DNA from: Bacteroidota bacterium
Lineage (GTDB): Bacteria; Bacteroidota; Bacteroidia; Cytophagales; MED-G16
NCBI GenBank assembly: GCA_036166035.1
Contig: JAYZHZ010000001.1
Location: 1-37,826 of the forward strand
Reading direction: 5' to 3'
Length of the DNA: 37,826 nucleotides
Positions 32,594 to 37,826 of this stretch are shown piece by piece. Numbering within the stretch: the first letter of the stretch is position 1; each line of letters opens with the position of its first letter. The position numbers were made by a program, and so were the translations under genes. The notes under the pieces were generated by a model. It was not told where the DNA came from. It searched no databases and saw nothing but the letters and a program-made list of their open reading frames with translations.

Positions 32594-34552
32594 ATGCCAA
32601 AAAAATACAATAATTTAAAAAATGAGTCCAGTTCATATCTAAAACAACATTCTAGAAATCCAGTTGACTGGTATCCCTGGAGAAAAAAAGCTTTACTTAA
32701 GGCAAAATCAGAAAATAAAATAATTATTCTAAGTATAGGATACTCAACATGTCATTGGTGTCATGTCATGGAAAGAGAATCTTTTGAAAATAAAGAGATT
32801 GCAGATTTTATGAATAGGCATTTTATATCAATTAAAGTAGATAGAGAAGAAAGACCGGATATTGATAATTTATATATGGAAGCAATTCAATATATGGGTC
32901 TGCAAGGCGGATGGCCTTTAAACGTTTTTCTTATGCCAAATAAAAAACCATTTTATGGTGGAACATATTTTACTCCAAATAATTGGTTAGCAATATTAAA
33001 GAATATTGTAGATATATCAGAATCAAATAAAAATGAGATAATAAAATCCTCAAATATTTTCACTAATGATTTAAAAAAATCACACGAAGAAAAATTTATA
33101 AATAACAACGAACATTATATTAAAACATTGGTAAATGAAATAAAAATAAAATTTGATTATGATTTTGGAGGTATGATGCGATCACCGAAATTTCCAATGC
33201 CTACCTTATGGAATTCCCTTCTTTTTTATTCAATTAAAAATGATGATAGAGAAATATTTAATCATGTACAAAAAACCGTTGACAGCATTATTGAAGGTGG
33301 CATATACGATCAAATTAGAGGTGGTTTTTCAAGGTATTCTACTGATCAGAAATGGACAATTCCACATTTTGAAAAAATGATTTATGATAATGGTCAGCTA
33401 CTAGAATTATTATCCAACCTTTATAAAGTAACTCATGAAGATAGATATAAGGAAGTAATAAAAGAAACCGTAGACTGGCTATCGAAAGAAATGAGAAATG
33501 ATAATGGGGGTTTCTATTCTGCAGTAGATGCTGATACTGATGATGAAGAAGGTAAATTTTATGTTTGGAATATTCATGAAATTAAAGAAGTTTTAGGAAA
33601 AGACTATAAAATTGCAAAAAAACTCTATAAAATTAATGAAGAAGGAAATTGGGATGGAAAAATTATCTTATTAAGAAATCTCAAACACAAAATAAGTTCA
33701 AAAAAAATAAAAAGTTTAAAGAACAGTTTGTTAAATCATAGAAACAAGAGAAAAAAACCTTTCATTGATAAAAAAATTATTTCATCTTGGAATGGAATCG
33801 TACTAATAGGACTACTAAACTGCTATCAATCTACTAAAATCAAAAAGTATTTAGATCTTGCCAAATCAAATGCTATTTTTATTAAAGAAAAACTAATAAT
33901 AAAAAATAAGATAAAAAGAGTCTTTGAGAGTAATATAAATGGTTTCTTAGATGATTATGCCTTCATTATAAATGCATTTATAAAATATTATGAAACAACT
34001 CAAGACTTTACATTTTTAAATATTTCTAGAAATTTAATGGAATATACCATTAAACATTTTTATAGTAAAAAATATAAAATGTTTTTTTATATTGGATCAT
34101 ATAATGAGAAGCTATTAACAAAAAAAATTCAAATTTTTGATGATGTTATTCCTTCTTCAAACTCAATAATGTATTATAATCTACTTTACTTAGGAAAGAT
34201 CTATAATGATAGCTTATATAATAATATCTATAATGATATGAGTCAAAAATTAAAAAAGTACTTAAATAATTATGAGTTTATGGCAAATTGGATTTATGTA
34301 AACGAATTGAATGAATCTAAAATAAATGAAATAGTTATGAATGATAGTAAATATGATGAATCAATAACTCAGGAAATAAATTCATGGTATTTACCAAATA
34401 AAATATTAGTATATAATAGTAAAAATTTAAAATTAGAAATTTTAAATTCACATAAAGTTGGTAAAAAACTTAGTTTTAGTTTATGTCGTAATAATGTATG
34501 TGAACAACCATATGATTCAATAAATAAATTGAAAAAAGCAATATATAAATAA
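32594..34552 (+). CDS. thioredoxin-domain (DUF255/YyaL, SPATA20-like) protein with GlcNAc-2-epimerase-like alpha-toroid
   Basis: '[45 protein letters not shown]...[15 protein letters not shown]' and '[10 protein letters not shown]...PFYGGTYF'. Confidence 0.88.
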   Translation: MPKKYNNLKNESSSYLKQHSRNPVDWYPWRKKALLKAKSENKIIILSIGYSTCHWCHVMERESFENKEIADFMNRHFISIKVDREERPDIDNLYMEAIQYMGLQGGWPLNVFLMPNKKPFYGGTYFTPNNWLAILKNIVDISESNKNEIIKSSNIFTNDLKKSHEEKFINNNEHYIKTLVNEIKIKFDYDFGGMMRSPKFPMPTLWNSLLFYSIKNDDREIFNHVQKTVDSIIEGGIYDQIRGGFSRYSTDQKWTIPHFEKMIYDNGQLLELLSNLYKVTHEDRYKEVIKETVDWLSKEMRNDNGGFYSAVDADTDDEEGKFYVWNIHEIKEVLGKDYKIAKKLYKINEEGNWDGKIILLRNLKHKISSKKIKSLKNSLLNHRNKRKKPFIDKKIISSWNGIVLIGLLNCYQSTKIKKYLDLAKSNAIFIKEKLIIKNKIKRVFESNINGFLDDYAFIINAFIKYYETTQDFTFLNISRNLMEYTIKHFYSKKYKMFFYIGSYNEKLLTKKIQIFDDVIPSSNSIMYYNLLYLGKIYNDSLYNNIYNDMSQKLKKYLNNYEFMANWIYVNELNESKINEIVMNDSKYDESITQEINSWYLPNKILVYNSKNLKLEILNSHKVGKKLSFSLCRNNVCEQPYDSINKLKKAIYK

Positions 34553-34570
34553 AATAAGAGTTAAAATAAC

Positions 34571-35311
34571 GTGAGAAAAATTTGGTATTTATATTTATTA
34601 ATCTTTATCATTTCATGTAATAATGATGATAATATATCTGAGATTCCTTCTATTTCACATGAGAGTATAGCATTTAAAAAGAGTCCAAACAATATTACTC
34701 AAGATTCATTAATCCTAACAATAAATTTTATTGATGGAAATGGTGATTTAGGATTATCAAATGATGAACATAACTATCCTTATCATCCATATAACGCCAT
34801 AATTGATGAAAATTTCAATTGGGTAACATATGGTTCCATGGATGTTTCTCCACCATTATATGTATATGAACCTAATGGAATGTATTATCCATTTAGTAAC
34901 GAAGATAATAGACCAAGTTTTAATTGTGAAGATTATATTATAGATACAATTACATCATCAACTGAACTTGATACATTTTACATTCAACAAAATGAAAATA
35001 ACAAAAACATATACGTTGAATTTTACAAAAAAAATGGAAACAATTTTGAATTAATAGATTGGAAAAGAATTTTTGATGAAGAATTTGGATGCGGCATTGA
35101 TTTTAATTCAAGATTCCCTCCTTTGAATATTGGAAAATCATCTCAATTGCTTTCCGGAAAACTTAGATATAGCATGGTATCATACGGATTTGAAATAGTT
35201 CTAAAAAATGATATTTTCAAATTGAAAATTTATATAAAAGATAGAGCATTAAATACTAGTAATATAATAGAAACACCTGAAGTAACTCTTGAAGAAATTT
35301 TAGTTGAATAA
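34571..35311 (+). CDS. hypothetical lipoprotein
   Basis: GTG start giving 'MRKIWYLYLLIFIISC' (lipobox). It contains 'FIDGNGDLGLS'. No family recognised. Confidence 0.6.
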   Translation: MRKIWYLYLLIFIISCNNDDNISEIPSISHESIAFKKSPNNITQDSLILTINFIDGNGDLGLSNDEHNYPYHPYNAIIDENFNWVTYGSMDVSPPLYVYEPNGMYYPFSNEDNRPSFNCEDYIIDTITSSTELDTFYIQQNENNKNIYVEFYKKNGNNFELIDWKRIFDEEFGCGIDFNSRFPPLNIGKSSQLLSGKLRYSMVSYGFEIVLKNDIFKLKIYIKDRALNTSNIIETPEVTLEEILVE

Positions 35312-35317
35312 ATTATC

Positions 35318-37735
35318 TTATCTCAGAGAAGGATATGCTTTAGGATTTAATTCATTGAATAAAGAGTAAATCCTGTCAAATATATTTTCGCAATTAGGTT
35401 TTGAAAAATAATCACCATCAGAACTGTATGCAGGTCTATGATTTTTAGAATGAATAGTAATTGGTTTAGAATCAAGATAAAAATAAGCATTTTGATTTTC
35501 TAATACATTTTGCATCATAAAAGCACTAGCTCCTCCCGAGATATCTTCATCTGCAAAAACAACTCTATTTGTTTTTTTAATAGAATTAACAATTGTCTTA
35601 TTCTTATCAAAAGGCAGTAATGTTCTCACATCAATAACTTCACACGAAATTCCAATCTCATCTAATTGATTAGCAGCATCCAAAACTATCCTACACATTG
35701 AACCATAAGTTACTATTGAAATATCTTTACCTTCCTTTAATATTGCAGGGACACCAAATTCAACAGAAATTTTATCCAAATTATTTGGAAGATTCTCCTT
35801 TAACCTGTAAGCATTTAAAGGTTCAATAATTATTCCCGGTTCATCTGAAGACAGTAAAGTATTATACATTCCTGCAGCTTCTACAAAATTTCTTGGTACA
35901 AGTACATTAATTCCTCTTAAACTATTAACTAGAGTTCCCATTGGAGATCCTGAATGCCAAATTCCTTCCAGCCTATGACCTCTAGTTATTATAATTACTG
36001 GTGCTTTCTGACCTCCCTTAGTTCTATAATGAAGGGTAGATAGATCATCAGAAAGAGTTTGAATAGCCCAATAAACATAATCCAAATACTGAATTTCAAC
36101 AATAGGTCTCAATCCTCTTAGTGCTGATCCTATACCCTGGCCAATAATAGAAGATTCTCTTATACCAGTATCAGTAATTCTTAATTCGCCATATTTTTTT
36201 TGCAAATTAGCAAAGCCTTGATTTACTCCACCAATTATTCCAACATCCTCACCAACAGCAAAAACTAAGGGGTTATTTTTGAATGTTATATCAAAAAATT
36301 TATTTATAATTTCTCTTCCATCTATAATCTTAGTTTTATTGTCATATTTTGGTTCAACTTCTCTGATATTTAAAGCTGAAAATTTAGATTCACTATAAAG
36401 ATGAGAGCTATACTCATAATTATATTTTTTCTTCTTTTCATCAATTAGATTAATAAGATAATTTTTGGCAATATTATTTTCATTTCTAATTATCCGCTGA
36501 ACAAATTTCAATGATTTATAAACATCTGATTTTAACGGCTGAATAGTATTAGATAGTTGATTTCTGATATCAATAATTTCTTGTTTGTTTTTTGGACTAT
36601 TCTGTGCTACCCTAGTTATTATAGCCAGTGCATCTTGGAGATCCTCATCAATTGAATTTCTATAGGATTTCCATGATTTATCTCTTGATTTTATTGCAGA
36701 CTTTTCAGCTTTATTTTCAATTCTTTCCAATTCATCAGAAGTTGAAATATTATTTTTTAATATCCATTCTCTCATTTTTTTAATGCAACAAAAATCTTTT
36801 TCCCATTTTAATCTTTCTTTTGGTTTATACCTCTCGTGAGATCCGGATGTTGTATGACCCTGGGGTTGAGTTACATCTTTAACATGAATAATACACGGAA
36901 CATGATCTTTTCTAGCAAATTCAGCTGCTTTTAAATACGCTTTTAATAATCCAATATAATCCCAAGCATTAACGGTAAATATCTCAAATCCTTTCTCTTT
37001 TGTAGATACTCTTTGAAATCCGGATAAAACTTTAGATAAATCATTTCTAGTAGTATGGTATTCTGATGGTACAGAAATACCATATCCATCATCCCATATA
37101 GACATAACTAGTGGAACTTGTAAAACACCACACGCATTAATAGCTTCCCAGAAATGACCCTCAGAAGTACTAGCATCTCCTATAGTACCAAAAATCACTT
37201 CATTACCATTAATAGAAAAATTTTGCATATCCGACAAATTTTTATTTTTTCTATAGAGCTTTGAAGCATAAGCTAATCCGACAATTCTTGGCATTTGTCC
37301 AGATACACAAGAAACATCACTGGATGAATTCTTCATATCCGTTAAAGTTTTCCAGCTTCCATCATTATTTAGCATTCTTGTAGAAAAATGACAATTCATC
37401 TGCCTTCCTCCAGAATGAGGATCTTTATTGATATCTGTATGAGCATAAAGTTGAGCAAAAAATTGATCAGGAGTTAATTGATCTATTGCCATCATAAAAG
37501 TTTGATCTCTGTAATATCCGGATCTTATATCGCCATTATTGAAAAATTTTGACATAACAACCTGAGGAAGTTCTTTTCCATCACCAAATACACCAAACTT
37601 AGCCCTACCCATAAATACTTCTTTTCTTCCAATATAACTTAAGTATCTGCTTTGATTGATCAAGAAATAGTCATCTAAAATTTCTTTATTAGAAATTTTA
37701 TATGATTTATCAATGACTATATTAGGATTTATCAT
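35318..37735 (-). CDS. fused E1 alpha/beta subunit of a 2-oxoacid (branched-chain/pyruvate-type) dehydrogenase, TPP-dependent
   Basis: N-terminal half with the TPP-binding 'GTIGDASTSEGHFWEAINACGVLQVPLVMSIWDDGYGISV'. C-terminal half is transketolase-like, with 'ITDTGIRESSIIGQGIGSALRGLRPIVEIQYLDY' and 'VPRNFVEAAGMYNTLL'. This 805-aa fusion is typical of Flavobacteriia. Confidence 0.88.
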   Translation of the reverse strand: MINPNIVIDKSYKISNKEILDDYFLINQSRYLSYIGRKEVFMGRAKFGVFGDGKELPQVVMSKFFNNGDIRSGYYRDQTFMMAIDQLTPDQFFAQLYAHTDINKDPHSGGRQMNCHFSTRMLNNDGSWKTLTDMKNSSSDVSCVSGQMPRIVGLAYASKLYRKNKNLSDMQNFSINGNEVIFGTIGDASTSEGHFWEAINACGVLQVPLVMSIWDDGYGISVPSEYHTTRNDLSKVLSGFQRVSTKEKGFEIFTVNAWDYIGLLKAYLKAAEFARKDHVPCIIHVKDVTQPQGHTTSGSHERYKPKERLKWEKDFCCIKKMREWILKNNISTSDELERIENKAEKSAIKSRDKSWKSYRNSIDEDLQDALAIITRVAQNSPKNKQEIIDIRNQLSNTIQPLKSDVYKSLKFVQRIIRNENNIAKNYLINLIDEKKKKYNYEYSSHLYSESKFSALNIREVEPKYDNKTKIIDGREIINKFFDITFKNNPLVFAVGEDVGIIGGVNQGFANLQKKYGELRITDTGIRESSIIGQGIGSALRGLRPIVEIQYLDYVYWAIQTLSDDLSTLHYRTKGGQKAPVIIITRGHRLEGIWHSGSPMGTLVNSLRGINVLVPRNFVEAAGMYNTLLSSDEPGIIIEPLNAYRLKENLPNNLDKISVEFGVPAILKEGKDISIVTYGSMCRIVLDAANQLDEIGISCEVIDVRTLLPFDKNKTIVNSIKKTNRVVFADEDISGGASAFMMQNVLENQNAYFYLDSKPITIHSKNHRPAYSSDGDYFSKPNCENIFDRIYSLFNELNPKAYPSLR

Positions 37736-37755
37736 TCTATTAAGAAATTGAAATG

Positions 37756-37763
37756 CAAATATA
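37756..37763 (-). promoter_or_regulatory. candidate -7 promoter element (TATATTTG) for the fused E1 gene
   Basis: Exact TAnnTTTG on the minus strand, 20 nt upstream of the ATG at 37735. Confidence 0.35.
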
Positions 37764-37826
37764 CTAAAAATAGGATTAATTAAATTTTAATTATCAAAAT
37801 TTAATACTATTATATATTGCAAAAAA

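Noticed and set aside
1-37826. CRISPR arrays, IS elements or transposases, prophage genes, restriction-modification or other known defence systems, and long direct or inverted repeats.
   Set aside because: None seen on either strand. Every ORF above ~100 aa is accounted for by housekeeping or secreted-protein families, and non-coding DNA totals only about 1.5 kb.

Overview
This is an AT-rich (by eye about 30% GC, not computed), very gene-dense chromosomal segment of a Bacteroidota/Flavobacteriia-type genome. The lineage call rests on a T9SS type-B C-terminal sorting domain, many SPII lipoproteins, a fused E1 alpha/beta 2-oxoacid dehydrogenase, MORN-variant repeats, and exact TAnnTTTG '-7' promoter motifs in most real intergenic gaps. 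I support 38 CDS (one partial, one small ORF absent from the track), one tRNA-Lys(UUU), the RNase P RNA, one clean bidirectional terminator and several candidate promoters. The content is mostly core housekeeping: nqrABCDE, cmk, fabH, a 2-oxoacid dehydrogenase E2 and a fused E1, hslV, rsmE, smpB, tsaD, rnpB, msrB, crcB and mscS. It is interspersed with secreted or surface proteins: two BNR/sortilin-like paralogs, a DUF1080 protein, a HExxH lipoprotein, a MORN-repeat protein and an 880-aa T9SS adhesin. I see no CRISPR array, transposase, integrase, phage genes or recognisable defence genes, and I cannot point to a clear-cut novel system. The best candidates for something undescribed are listed here. 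(1) The nqr operon lacks nqrF and instead runs without gaps into a DUF502-rhodanese-DUF6090-like-77aa tail. (2) An SRAP/YedK-fold protein has lost all catalytic residues. (3) A secreted BNR/DUF1080/HExxH-lipoprotein trio has a divergent paralogous arm. (4) A lipoprotein-type exported MsrB sits inside a chain of ATGA-coupled stress genes. (5) A back-to-back tsaD/rnpB promoter implies leaderless mRNAs, and a 46-aa lipoprotein ORF lies antisense to the rnpB 3' end. All functional calls come from motif recognition by eye, and no searches were run.
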